DNA of 64,000 bases, taken from NCBI RefSeq assembly GCF_024521635.1, contig NW_026250411.1, positions 1,054,001 to 1,118,000 on the forward strand, in the 5' to 3' direction. Below the pieces are notes generated by a model, which was not told the origin of the DNA, made no database searches, and was given only the letters and a program-made list of their open reading frames with translations. The stretch is from Tricharina praecox (taxonomy: Eukaryota). Both the position numbers and the translations under genes were made by a program. Each line of letters begins with the position of its first letter. Position 1 is the stretch's first letter. Below are positions 14,513 to 27,838 of this stretch, piece after piece.

Positions 14513-15617
14513 GGGCGTGGAATGCGGAATACCACTGTTACTTGCATGTGTACATATGTTTTTTGGGCTGTTGAATGTTTGCCTTGCCTCTGCCAAAAGT
14601 TCTGAGTCTTATTTCGGTTGGGTGTCATGGATATAGCATCATGGTATGTGTTTATTGTGTTGTGTTGTTTGTATTTAGGGGGTCGGGAACGGAGACTGGT
14701 AATGTGGGAATGAATGTGTGCAATCCAAGCAAGCTGCAGTACCACCTCCACTGCCGCCGTGCAATCTCTGGTGCAGACACCCATCTGTGCAATCCTCTTC
14801 GTTTCCGGGAGGATATGTGCGTCCGCCTCCAGGAATATATACCGGGTGAAAATATAGAGTGCTTGCCTACTCTACCCTATTCTGCCTACTCTGCCGTACT
14901 CATAGTTACATAATATGTACATACTGACCGGAGCTACCGTCAGCCCTACAGCAATGAACGAACCATGGCACCTGGGCGTCTGATAACTATCGTCGGCCTT
15001 TAAGAAGAGGCCTCGCAATTCCACCTGCCCATAAAATCTTCCGTGTTGGCTGCAGCTGAGTCACGGATCGTCTTTGCTCTTGGCCTGCGGGGGTTCATTT
15101 TGGGTTTCCGTTCCACGCGCATCGCCAAGACCCACGCCGATCCCGATATCCTCCCTAGCAAAACACAAGCACGGGTAAAATGTGTTCTTCCACCAGGGTG
15201 TGTCTTGTCGACTCCTAACAACCACCTCAACCTTTACCAACGACCAACCCACCACCTCGCCAAAAAAAGCTAAAGACCGGACCGACCTTCGTTCTCTCAC
15301 TCGTTATAGCGATCTCCTTCTTCACAACCGTCCGATAATCACGACACGGCCGGCACCGAGCTGGCTCGCATTCGGGACACACTCGCTACCTCTACTACAG
15401 CTCAGCCTCTAGACATCGGTGAATATTGTTGTGGCATAGCACCCCCTGATCGGCGGGTGGTAATTTGTCTGTTCGGCCCTTTTTCTTTCTCCGAAGATTG
15501 AGTTTGTGCGAGCTTAAATTGCTGTCATAATCTTACTGGGAACAAGAATACTGAGAGCTGAACCTCGCGAGTATCTAGAGTAAGAACACCGGCAACCACC
15601 ACACACAGACAGCTACG

Positions 15618-16736
15618 ATGGCGGCACGATCACTCCGGCGTTCGAATCCGATAACGCTCTTTCTGGCGCTGATACTTTTCCTTGGGTTTCTCATCTTTCT
15701 GCTGAGCCCTGGGAGCGGCAGCGCCAGCAGCAGCTCGCCACCAAAAGTACAGAAGCCAGGTCTCCGCCGTCCAGTCACCCACTACAAGATGAACAACGTC
15801 AACACCACCAAAGACCCCGTTGGCAACCGGGAGCGCGTTCTGATCCTCACACCACTAGCGAGGTTCTACCCCGAGTACTGGGCGAACTTGCTGAAGCTTT
15901 CCTTCCCGCGGGAGCTGGTGGAGCTGGGCTTCATCGTGCCAAAGACGCGGGAGGGGAATGCAGCGCTGAAGCAGCTTGAGGATGCCGTACGGAAGGTGCA
16001 GTCGGGACCGAAGAAGGGACGCTTCCACGGCGTCACCATCATGCGTCAGGACTTCGACACCCCCACTCCGCAGAACGAGAAAGACCGGCACGCGCTGGCA
16101 GCGCAGAAACTTCGCCGCGCAGCGATGGCCCGTGCCCGCAACTCCCTCGTCTTCACCACCATCGGCACCGAGACTTCGTGGGTCCTCTGGCTGGACTCCG
16201 ACATCGTCGAGACACCCGCCACGCTGATCCAGGACCTCGCCGCCCACGACAAGGCCGTCATCGTCCCCAACTGCTTCCAACGCTACGTCGAGAACGGCGC
16301 CCCCGCCATCCGTCCCTACGACTTCAACTCCTGGCACGATTCCCCCAAGGCCCTCGAGATGGCCGCGAAGATGGGCAACGACGATGTCATCTTCGAGGGA
16401 TACAGGGAGATGGCGACGTACCGGACGCTGATGGCATACGAGCGCGTCGAGGGTGCTGATCCTAATGCTGAGACGCCGCTGGAGGGTGTGGGCGGAACCG
16501 CCCTTCTGGTTAAGGCTGAGGTCCACAGAGATGGCGCCATGTTCCCCCCGTTCGCCTTTTATAATCTCATCGAGACCGAAGGGTTCGCGAAGATGGCGCG
16601 AAGACTGGGTTATCAGCCGTATGGATTGCCGAATTACTTGGTATTCTTCCCCCCTGCACATCCCCTCCTAGACCTATACATTCATCACGCAGTCAACTGA
16701 CATTTGTTTTTTAAGGTATACCACTACAACGAGTAG
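15618..16736 (+). CDS. MNN9: Golgi mannan polymerase subunit Mnn9 (GT62/Anp1 family)
   Basis: Exons 15618-16640 and 16716-16736 (ends LPNYLVYHYNE*). N-terminal signal-anchor, ERVLILTPL, ARARNSL, SWVLWLDSDIVETP (DxD), RPYDFNSW, IETEGFAKMA. Confidence 0.92.
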
Positions 16737-17828
16737 TCCATCTTATCCATCAAGGTGGAAGGAAGGAGTGACGCTCGACTGGTTTGGGCTGGTTTGGGCG
16801 GCGGACGGGGGGCGTGGGGGGGCTATTTTGAAAACTCTTTTTTTTATATGGACATGCAATGCTAGTAACGCTATTCTGCTCTGCTGTAACTGCTCGTGAT
16901 TTTGGAGGTGGAGGGAGAGGTGGAGTTGTGTGATTGATACATATTATTTTTTACTTTTACGTTTTCTTTTTGTGTTCAGTCTAGCGGAGGGAAAGGGGGA
17001 ATAGATAGTTATGGATTGGAATCCATCAAGTGCGGACTGCGGAGGGCGTGATTCTGGCGGTGGTATGCTACGTGGATATGATACATAGGTTAGGTAGGCT
17101 GGGGACAGTCTGAATAGACACTGCGGGATGCATTACGTTGCGTTGCGGATCACTTCGTTCTTTGTACATATGCTATGTAAGAGACGCGCGGACGCCGAAG
17201 CGTCTTGATGAGCCTAGAACAGACAGACCGTCTGGCCAGAGTTAAGAGTTGACTTCTGATGGACAGAATTCAAGAGGATGAGAGTTAACGGTGGGAGGGG
17301 GGATGTGGGATCATTAAATATCACTCACGTAATGCACGCGGACGTCTACTACATAACTGCCTTTGGTTCCCAACCTCTGTGTAGGTTGGAAGAACCTATT
17401 GTTCGGTGGGTATAAAAGCATGGGATATCACTTACCCACCGACCTTTTTCTCCATCCACCTGCTGCTGGCTGGCTGGCTGGAAAGTGCTAGACAGCGTTC
17501 GAAACGACGTCCGAAGCCAGAGTTTACCACTGCTAACATCGGCGCCGGCGAACACCGGGAACCATGGAACTTGCCAGGCGGTAGTGGAAACTGAGTTACG
17601 CGGCCATCACGAGGCAACTCCTCTTCTCGTAGCCATAGCTATAGCTATTCCCGTCCATAAGCCGGCTTGGAGTGTGATATCAATATCAATATCAACAACA
17701 ATAACCCATCCTCACCCACCCCCTCGCCCTCGCCCTCGCCCTCTGCTTTTACAGCTACTGGCCGGAAGTGACCAGGTGATACTCGAGCTCTTTCAATACC
17801 TACTTCAGCCATAGATACCTACCTAAGG

Positions 17829-18228
17829 TACCGTAGTCTTTGCAACCAGCTCCACTGTCGTCAGCTGCGGTCACCATTTGATATGGTTCCAAGACCCGGA
17901 ATGGTGTCCGGGATGGTGGAGCCACCATTAGCCGCGCTATTCACCATCCAACGTCCGATATCCATCCCCCATAACCCAGATTGGTGATAATAGAGCTCTT
18001 GTAATCCTTCCTTCAGCCACAGATACCGTAGTCTTTGCAGCCAGCTCCACCGTCGTCACCTCCAGCCAACACAAAATTAGATATAGCTTTGAGAATGATA
18101 TCCAAAATAATAGAGCCACCATTAACCGCGGTATCCACCATCCAATGTCCAATGTCCATCCCCCATAACCTAGAGCCACTGTTAGCCGCGCTATTCACAA
18201 TACGATGTCCATCTCCCATAGCCCAGAT
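17829..18228. repeat. Diverged ~195-bp tandem duplication with a third partial ~55-bp unit
   Basis: TACCGTAGTCTTTGCA(A/G)CCAGCTCCAC(T/C)GTCGTCA at ~17829 and ~18024; GAGCCACCATTAGCCGCGCTATTCAC...CCATCCCCCATAACCCAGA-like units at ~17919, ~18113, ~18173. Confidence 0.8.
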
Positions 18229-18610
18229 CCCAATGCGCAACGCATAAGCTCCACTGCCGCCCGCCTCACTCCGAGGGGCCTGCAGCCTAACCGGCACCCC
18301 ACACCCCAGGGTAACTACGTGAGGCGTCCCATGGTCTTAGTTGCGTACACTGCGAGCATAATCATTCGCATCGTGAACCTCTGGCATCCGCTCTCCCGTC
18401 TTCGACTATCTTCAACCATCCTACGCAATCTTCCAGACGAGGTTGTCCAGACAGCAGCAAAGGGTTCCGATGGTAACCACGAGGAGGAGGAGACGGTGAT
18501 GGATATAAACCCCATCCGCCATCCCCAGTTCCTCCAATACCCCCAGCCTGCAACCATCAACATCACCACGATCTTCGTCCCTGTTCTACACCAGCCGAAG
18601 ACCTCCAGTA

Positions 18611-21508
18611 ATGAAACCTTACCAACTCGCGGCCCTGGCCGCCGCCTTCTTCAGCGAGCTCTGTTTGTGCCCCTCTTCCCACTGCTGTGCTGTGTTGTAG
18701 AGCAGCAGCAGCAGCAGCAGCAGTATCTAACACCCTATAGCCTCTTCCGCTCCCGCTCCCGCTCCCAAGCCGCAACACAACTATGTGTCCAAGTACCCTC
18801 AGCACCCGATCAACATGGGCTACGGCGACAACTACCCGAAGTACTGGCAAAACGAGCGGTACAATCCCGCGGAGTACCCACCTTTGGTGGTCCCACGGGT
18901 GCCGTTCTACCCCGCGCCGTACAGCCAGGCCTGGAAGCCGACGGATGCGTCCGCGCCGGGCGCACAGGAGGTCGAGGTGAAGATGCTGCAGCCGTATACC
19001 CCGCCGTATACCCCGCCGCACGGCTTTCCGACCACCAAGACTCCCGCGAAGGAGGCTATCCAGGCGTATAGCCAGCCCCGCGGAGCACGGAAAGCTGTCG
19101 GCAGCGGCGCTGCCGACCCGGCGGTGAAGAAGAATATGGGCTTTGGATCGGGCAACGAGGGCGCGTCCTACACCAAGATTGTTAACAACCCTGGCCAACC
19201 GAAGAAGTCGCGCGAGGAGGGCGTCATGGCAAACGGCCAGCCCGATTGGCAGAAGTTCTCGTACGGCGTCGTTAGTGATAGTATGGATCATCGCCCGGAT
19301 TCCGGCGCCGCGGTTGAGGCGGACAGGCCTGCCGAGAGGAAGACGAATGCTATGGGGAAGGTGCAGAAGCTCATCGGTGGGAATGGCGGCGGGACCTGGC
19401 ACGAACACCTGGCGAAGAGGGATACCGACTCCATCGCGGCCTGGCCAGAGCATATCCAGGCTAAGGCCGAGAAGATGATGAAGTCGGCGGCGGTTATGCA
19501 GGACCGTGGGCAGAGCTTGATGGAGGGCGACCAGGCGCTCCACAGGCAGAAGTCGAAGACCGAAGCTCCGAAGGAGGTGAAGGAGGAGAAAGAGGAGGAG
19601 GAGGAGGAGAAGAAGGGGATGAAGATCCCTGAGGACCTGATGGATATGGATGCGTCCAGAAAGAAGGTCGTTCCTGGATCCGGTGCGAAGGGAAGGAACA
19701 GCGGACCGAAGGAGGAGAAGCCTCAGCAGAAGCCTCAGCAGAAGTCTCAGCCTGCGTCGAAGGGGTCCCAGCCTGCATCGAAGGGGTCGTCCCAGCCTGC
19801 ATCGAAGGGGTCGTCCCAGCCTGCATCGAAGGGTTCGTCCCAGCGCAAGAATGAGGAGGAAGATCCCATGATGAAGAATGAGCTTCCCCCAAAGTCCAAC
19901 CAGATGAAGAAGCCCAAGGCACCCAAGTCGCAGAGGCCCGCAGCCACCCCGGCGAAGTCCACCCCGGGGAAGTCCAAGCCCGCTCGTGGGGGAAAGGCAA
20001 AGAAGCAGCCCCAGTCGAACTCGCCCTCCCAGAGCAACGGAAAGAAGCAGCCTGCCGCTGGAAAGAAGCCCAAGAAGATCGATAGTCTCATCAAGCGCGA
20101 CGCCATTCCCGAACCCGAGCCGGAGGCCCGGAAGGGTGTCCATAGCGACGATAAAAAGACAACCCCTCCCAAGTCCAGCAAGGAGGAGGAGAAAGAATCC
20201 AAGCCCAAGGGCAACGCCGCTTCCCGGGCCCAGGAGAAGAAAGGCGGAGGAAAGCGTCCCAATATCAGCCAGGCACGCCCCAAGAACCCCAAGAACAAGA
20301 ACGTCGCTTTCGAGGAAACCATCCGCCAGCACTTCGAGGATGACTACGTCGACGAGGTGATCCAGGAGATGTGCGTAGCGAACGACGACGAGTCTACCGG
20401 AAGCCTTCAGAAGCGTCAGAACCGCCGTGTCCTGCCCTGCGGACCTCCCGTCACCATCCGCCGTATTCTCGGTGCGGGTGAGGCCCTTCCCACCCCCGTC
20501 AATCAGGCCTCTTACGTTGCTCCCGCTTATAATCCTGCCTCCTATGTCGCTGCTACCCCCACTCCCATCGCTGTCGCCTCTGTTGCTGTCGCCCCCGTTG
20601 CCGCCGCCGCCGAGTACGCCGAAGTTGATGCCGCCATTCAGCTTTCCAACGGCCAAGTGCAAGTCAAGGCTCCCTGGGCCGTGGTCACTTCCATCGTCAA
20701 CGTCGAGGTCCCAGTCCCACAGTACATCACACTTCCTGCCGCCACGCATTACGTGACCGTTCCCGGTCCCACCCTGACCGTCGACCGGGAGGTTCCCGTC
20801 GCCGTCGCCGGCCCGACCGAAGTCGTCTCGGTCGACCACCTCGTCGAAAGGCCCGTTACGCGCACCGTCGTTCAGAACGTTCCCTACGCCGTCACGCAGA
20901 CGCAGAAGGTGACGCTCCCCGCCGTGACAAAGACCCAGATGATCACTAAGGAGATCGCCTACCCCGTCACCCGCACCCAGACCCAGGTCCAGCTCGAGAC
21001 CGTCTTCCCAGAGGTCCATGCTATCCCCCGCGAGAAGGAGATCGTCAAGGAGATAGAGGTCGTCGAGGTCGTCCAGGTCCCCGCCACCGTCGAGGTCGTC
21101 AACCATGTTCCCGTCACTAAGACCATACTTGTCTGCCCGGGCTGCGACCAGTCTGAGGGAGCCTGCGGATGTGGTACATTCCCCTCTGGCCCCACCCCCG
21201 GCGCCAACAACAATGGAGGAAACGGCGGAAACAATGGAAACGGTGGAAACGGCAACATGGACAAGGCCAACCTAGCCATGGACATGGCGATGAGCATGTC
21301 GCACGGCAACATCAACGGCATGGACATCAACACGCACGGCAACATCAACGGGATGGACATCAAGGACATCAGGAACGACGGCGGCAATGGCATGGACATG
21401 TCTTATATCAGCTCCGCACACGGACTTGAGAGCGTGGCGCGCACTGCGGAGGATATGGAGGCGTTTGTGAGGAAGGCGCTGCCTCATGAGTTTATGGCTG
21501 CGCAGTAG
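18611..21508 (+). CDS. Secreted low-complexity preproprotein (~939 aa) with Kex2 sites; function unknown
   Basis: Exon 1 18611-18662 plus intron 18663-18740 (GTTTGT..CTAAC..TAG) joins in frame to the 907-aa ORF and gives signal peptide MKPYQLAALAAAFFSELSSS|APAPAPKP. KR sites LAKR|DT, LIKR|DAIPEPEPEA, LQKR|QN. Strong third-position G/C bias. Confidence 0.8.
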
Positions 21509-22350
21509 AGCGGTGGTAGGTAGTGCTCGTGGCGTCAGTTGTGTCTTGTTTTTCTTTCATATATATTGTAAAAGCGGTCGGTTTCAGTTATCCATAGTAA
21601 AAGTAGAAGTAGTGTTAATTGATAGTCAATAGTAGTTAATGGACTGGATGTTTCCTTAGGTTCGTTATCACTGCAATGAGTTACTGTCATAGTAGTAGGG
21701 CGACGGCACCCGGCGGCCGAGTTTCGGAACGTTGCAGCCATCTCCAAGCCAAAAATGGGTATAAAGAATGTCATCATCGATGGAGAGTCCTTGCCTGAAC
21801 TTACATAAGCAGACATGAGGTTGAGATAAACTCACAAAAAAGGGAAATACATCAAAATCCCTCGGCAGCACCGGCCATCAAACGGTGATATCCGCACCTT
21901 GCTAATCTGTGTTTCTTGCATTCTACCGAATCTACGACCACAAACACCGTAAGTGTCGGATAACTACCGGTACCCTAAGTTCTTCCCTATGTCCGCGATG
22001 ACGATGGTGGTGTGGTGAGTCTGCATGCCGCATTTAGTAATCCGGGCCCCACCCTTGCTCATGGTGTACCAGGCTCCTGGAGAGATCGATCTGATTCGGC
22101 CAATCCCTAGGGCGCATGCTAGACCCTGTGCACAGATTGGATCGTATCGCGCGCGCGGGGTTAGCGGAGCGGGGACCATGTTGGTTGGGCGCACCAAACA
22201 AACCATCCGTCCCCACGAGGAAGCAAGTTGGAGAGGCTAGATAGATTAGAGGGAACGGCAGGTGAGGGGGTCCGCCGGATGGCCATTGCGAAGATGCTGA
22301 GCTGCCATTCTATAGGTACGCCTACAGGGCTATGAGCACGATGCTGGATT

Positions 22351-22356
22351 TATAAA
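22351..22356 (+). promoter_or_regulatory. Putative TATA box of the GT8 gene
   Basis: TATAAA followed by a pyrimidine-rich tract, ~145 nt upstream of the ATG at 22497. Confidence 0.5.
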
Positions 22357-22496
22357 CCCCTCCTTCCCTTCTATCGTCTGCTTCGTTCCTTATTTTCCCG
22401 GTCCTGTATCATCTCATCGGCTTCCCCATTCCCCCTCGACTACCCCTCCCGCCGGAAACCCCACCTCCCATCACAACCAACAAGACATCATCAAGC

Positions 22497-23466
22497 ATGG
22501 CTCCCATCGAAGAACCCCGCAAGCGTGTGGTCGACTCTGACAAAGGTTTCTGTCCCTTCCCTCTCACAGAAACCCCCACTAACGGCCTTAGTCTGGACCA
22601 CACTCCTCACAAACAACAAGTACCTCCCGGGGCTGCTAACGCTCGAGCACTCACTCCGCGCTGTTGGCTCCGCGTACCCGCTCCTAGTCCTATACACCGA
22701 CACGCTGGAGGCCAGCGGGCACGAAGCGCTCGCGCGGCGCGGCATCCCCACGCAGCGGATCGAATACCTGCTCCCTCTCGCCTCGAAGGACTACAGCAAC
22801 GACACGCGCTTTTACGACTGCTGGTCGAAGCTGCAGCCGTTCGGGTTCACCGAGTACTCGCGCGTAGCCCAACTGGACAGCGACATGCTAGTGCTCCAGA
22901 ACATGGACGAGCTAATGGACATCCCGCTCGACACCTCACCTGGGAGCACACGCCTATTCGCCGCCGCGCATGCGTGCGTGTGCAATCCGCTCAAGCACCC
23001 GCACTATCCCAAAGACTGGGTGCCCGAGAACTGCGCGTACACATCGCAGCATGCGACGCCGGACCTGGCAGCACAGACCGGGGCAGACCCGAATTTCGGC
23101 TTGGGCAGCCTCAACGGCGGCCTGCAGGTCGTCGTGCCGTGTATGGATACGTACCGCACCATCATCTCGGCGATCTCGGAGCCGGAAAAGACGTCGGGCT
23201 ACGATTTTGCGGATCAGAGCTTGCTGGGCGATGCGTTTGCGGGAAGATGGGCCCCGCTAAGCTATAGGTACAACGCGCTCAAGACGTTGAGGTGGTGTCA
23301 TAAGGAGATTTGGAGGGATGACGAGGTTAAGAATGTTCACTACATTCTAGCCCCGAAGCCCTGGGAGAATAGGGAGAGTGACGATGAGACCCATAAGTGG
23401 TGGTGGAGGGCTAATGAGCAGAGGGTGTTGGAGGAGAAGGCAAAGGGCATTGCAGACGGGTGGTAG
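22497..23466 (+). CDS. Glycosyltransferase family 8 protein (glycogenin/galactinol synthase-like, cytosolic)
   Basis: Exons 22497-22545 and 22592-23466. VWTTLLTNNKYLPGLLTL, WSKL, QLDSDMLVLQNMDELM (DxD), ACVCNP, LNGGL, FADQSLL, YNALKTLRWCH, VHYILAPKPW. Confidence 0.92.
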
Positions 23467-24346
23467 ATGCGAACGAGATACCTAATATACCTTACGAACC
23501 AAGTTTGCTTGGGGGTTGTGCGAGTGATAAGTAGAGTAATGACCGCGTCTCATGCAATAAATCATTGGTCTGCCGTCCGAGTGTGCCGAAACCTAGGGTA
23601 ATGGCAACGGAGAGAAAGAAGGAGAATAAACATGGTGAGATGGGACCAATAGAAACCGACAGTGATACATAGATGAGAGACGGGAGGCACAGGACCCAGA
23701 GTATCAATGTGTCGACTTCATTTTCTGACATAACAATCCTGCAAGGTCGGGGCGTCGATTCGAACTGGTAGATCTCAAGAGACGCTCAATCTAGAGGGCG
23801 TTGGCTTTTGTATCTGGTACCTTTTTGCTTGCTGTTGACGTTCGGCGTTTTGGGGCTGGTGATTGTGGTACGGGCTTCGGGAAATATAGGGTGTCCACGG
23901 TGACGACGAACCGATTTATTGGGTGAGAGAGAGATTCATTCACAAACTCAATATTCGATTCAATGTTGGTATGTAACATCACCCTCCGAAGCCGAGGACC
24001 AATTCTGCCGAGTGGTTGTAGAGTTGTAACTTGGAACATCTGCTGTCTCAGGAAGTGGGTGGTGTGGCAGTGCCTGCTTCCGCGGCTTGGCCATGGGCCA
24101 TGCGAGCTTTCCGCGCCACACCGATCTAACCACCAGCAACTTGCAAGCTTACCAGACCTTCCTAACTCCATCATCGTCGTAATCTCCCTCCACCTCACCC
24201 CTCAAATCCTTCCACCTCATCACCGCTCCACCACTACACCCAACAACCGCGACACTTCTACAAACACCACCACCACCACGACATTCACGCGTGCGCCTTA
24301 TACCAACCAACCACCCACATCCCGCGCCCCCCTCACGACCACCAAA

Positions 24347-25093
24347 ATGGATTCAGCAACCGACCTCTTCACGTCATACGAGTCAGACTTCAAGCTGTTA
24401 TTCACGGACATCTCGCAGCGCCTTCACGACCTGCCAACACTCACGGGCGAGTCCCGCAAGGCTTCCATCCGTTCCACAGAGCGCAGCATTGACGAGGCCG
24501 ACGAGATAATCGGGCAGATGTCGCTCGAGATCAACAACATCCCGTCAGCGTCTAAGACGAAGCCGCGGGGGCGGCTGCGGAACTACACCTCCGACCTCGA
24601 TTCTGCGCGCGGGCAGCTCGTGAAGCTCGCGCAGAGCGCTGATCGCGATGCACTATTGGGCGTCAGGGGCGCGCAGATGGGCGCCAGCGATCAGACGATG
24701 CAGCAGAGACAGCAGTTGCTGGGTGGGACGCAGAGTCTGGAACGTAGTTCCGCCAGGCTTCGGGATAGTGAACGCATTGCGATTGAGACGGAGCAGATTG
24801 GTGCGGGCATACTTGGCGATCTGAGTACCCAGCGCGAGTCCATCGTGAGGACGCATGATACCTTGAATGATAGTGAGAGGTATCTCGACCGGAGTATTAA
24901 GACGCTGAGGGGAATGGCGAGAAGGTATGTGCCGTTTTGATTGTGGAGAGAGGAGGGGGTTTTCTCTAGCGGGGCTTTGCTTATGCGTGCCATTTGTTTG
25001 TTTAGGATGGCGACCAACCGCATGATCACGATTGCCATCATCACGGTGCTGGTACTGCTGATCTTCGCGGTCATCTTTTCGAAGTTTCATTGA
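24347..25093 (+). CDS. VTI1: Vesicle transport v-SNARE Vti1 (Qb-SNARE)
   Basis: Exons 24347-24924 and 25006-25093. LFTSYESDF N-terminal domain, SNARE motif QRQQLLGGTQSLERSSARLRDSERIAIETEQIGAGILGDLSTQRESI, C-terminal TM (MITIAIITVLVLLIFAVIFSKFH). Confidence 0.94.
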
Positions 25094-25770
25094 GTGAATG
25101 AGTGAAGAGTGAAGATTGGAGGCGGCAGATGGTGATGCAGGTTTGGGTTGGAGTCTCTCGTGCGTGCGTGTGTGGAACAAGCATAATGCTGCTTTTTTGT
25201 TTTGTTTCCGGTATTTTGCTTTTGATTGTCGGTCCGGACTCCGGAGTGGAGGTGGAAGTTTGTGAATAGTCTCAATCTCGATTAGAATTCACTCGTTCGA
25301 GATCACGTTACGTATCATGGGAATTGATCGTTGCGTTCGATTTGTCAGTATGAGGCGGCGGTGGATTTTGCGAGCTGATCCCCGGATGATGCTATTGCCG
25401 ATACCAACCCACATGGTTGTCTGCCCTGTAGGAATCGGGATTTCGCTTTCCGCTGGCTGGGCAAAGTACCGGTGGCGACTGTGTTCATCCGCCTTATTCG
25501 TTTTTGTCACCGCTTCACGAACGCAGAATAGTCGAAAATCGTTACGCTCGACTATTGGTACTATGTACAAGGACGTATATTCCCCAACTGCTGTGACGGG
25601 GAAGGAGGCATGGAAGTATCATGAAGTTCAGTGGATAGGGTGGGACAAATGATGCAGACGCCCAGCACTTGGATCCATTTTGTTTATTCCACATGCTTTT
25701 CCCCCCATACACAAAGCCCGCCAGAAACAAAACACCCGAAAAGACAAGAAAGAAAGCCCACAAACACCGC

Positions 25771-27242
25771 TTATGCCACAATGTCCTTCTTGAGGGTACC
25801 CAAGAAAGCGTGCTTCTCGTCCTTGGTCTGGAAGCCTCCGTGACCGAACTTGGAGGAAGTGTCGATCCACTTGAGCTCGACCTTCTCGAGAGACTTACGG
25901 GAAGTGTGGGGGAAGAGGGACTTCCTCAGAGTCATGACACGCTTCTTGACTCCAGGAATGGATCCCTTAACCATGACCCAGTCGTTCTTGATCTCACCAT
26001 ACCGGGGGAAGCCACCCATAGGAGTCTAAAATCAATGTCAGCGGTCAACTCAATAATTCAAGCGGCAGATTGCACATACGATGGCCTTCTTTGTGGTGTC
26101 GAACTCGGTGGTGGCCGAGGACTCGTCGTCACCCTTTCCGATACGGTAGATCTTGTGGTTGACCGAAGTACGGTGGTGGTATCCGTCCTGACCGGCACGG
26201 GCAACAGTCCACTGCACGTGGTTAGGATGCCAGGCTCCAATACAGGCGACCTTGCGGAGACCCTTGTGGGTCTTGCGAGGAAGCTTCTTGGTACCCCAAC
26301 GGGCGGTGACACCCTCGTATCCATTACCCTTGGTGACGGCGATGACGTCGATGACCTCGTTCTGCTCGAAGATGGTGTCGATGGAGATCGACTTCTCGAA
26401 CAGGTCGCGGGCGTAGTCGACCTTGGCCTCGATGGATCCACCGTTGACCTGGATCTCCATCATGTGGGCCTTCTTCTGCTTGAGGGGAGTCTTGCGGATC
26501 TGGGTGTGGACCAAGATGCGGACGACAGTGCAGTACTTCTTGATGCGGGCAAGCTCGTGGGCGATGTCCTTTCCTCCGTCGGCGTGCTTCTTGGTGTACT
26601 TGGTGAACGCCTTCTTCTTCGACTTGTACCAGTTCTTGTAGAACCGGCGGCGGACCTCATCGGACAGATGCTCGGCCCAGACGGTGGTGAGCGAACGCAG
26701 ACCACGGGGGGTCTCGACGTAACCAACAACGCCGATGCAGACAACCTGTAAACACTCTCAGCCATCCCGTCCAAAACCATTGTGTATGCAGGGTAGAACA
26801 TACCGGAGGAGTCTCGATGATTGTGACAGCCTCGACGATCTCCTTCTTGTGCATCTTGGCACCAGGACGCTCGAGTTCACGAACGGTGGTGGTCATACCA
26901 GCCTTGTAACCAAGGGTGGCAGTGAGGTGCACGGGCTTCTTGGGGTCATCCTTGGGGAAGGACTAGATAGAGCGCATCGTCAGATTGAGTCCGGTTGAAG
27001 ATTATCGAATTTGCTGCGTACCTTGGCCTTGCCTCTGTGTCTGGCAGCACGCTTGCGGGGCAAGAATGCCAGCGAACCGTGTCGGGGAGCTTCCTGTCGG
27101 AGATATCAGTTTGCTGAATTCGAGATTGATCGCGCAACGCTGGTGGGACATACGAATTTCCTCTAGAGACCGAATTTCACGTCAGCATTTCGTTCGAACT
27201 TTCTTTCCTATCCAATTTGGCGGGGAGACATACGTGAGACAT
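25771..27242 (-). CDS. RPL3: 60S ribosomal protein L3 (uL3)
   Basis: Exons 27242-27234 (MSH), 27162-27154 (RKF), 27093-27022, 26962-26804, 26745-26080, 26025-25771. [60 protein letters not shown]. Confidence 0.98.
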
Positions 27243-27838
27243 CTTTGAACCGTGAGTCCGCTCGTGAGGTCGTCCAAAGGATGCGGGTTGTTGGGCTGTT
27301 GGTTAGTGGGTTGAAGTCGCTGGTGCGGGTTGTGGCTTCTGTGAGTATGGAATTTGCTTGCGTTCTCCGGAAAAGAGCAGTCACTAAAAGTGCACAGTGT
27401 GGGTGCGCCAAGGATGTGGGTTGTGCGCTCGCTAAAGGATTGTGTTGATGGCTGGTGGGCTGGGGCTGAATGTGGCAGTGGTGGCTGGACTGGTGCAGGG
27501 TGCTGGGTGTGGCAGTGGTGGCTGGACTGACGAGTGCGTGCGAGGCCGTGTCAGTTAGCCCCGACATTCGGCAGCTACATAGACCTATTAGTTAGGATCT
27601 TCGAGTACTGTTCCATAAGACAACATCATACTCACCTTATCTATGCTGCACCGCAGTACGGTACCTGGTGCCCGACCCCCCAAACCCCACCAGAAATACA
27701 GTTCTCGTACTAGGTATACAGTTACGGCAATCAATCAATCCAGCCAGCGCCACTACTCCCTCGCGGAACTATGATATTCAAATACACAAGACACAAGACA
27801 CAATAAGCCATTCGCTCATCGCACACATCATATTCTAC

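Noticed and set aside
18563..21106. 847-aa antisense ORF
   Set aside because: Mirror of the sense gene's codon bias; L/G/R/D-rich nonsense composition. The same applies to antisense ORFs over UTP14, MNN9, RPL3 and Argonaute.
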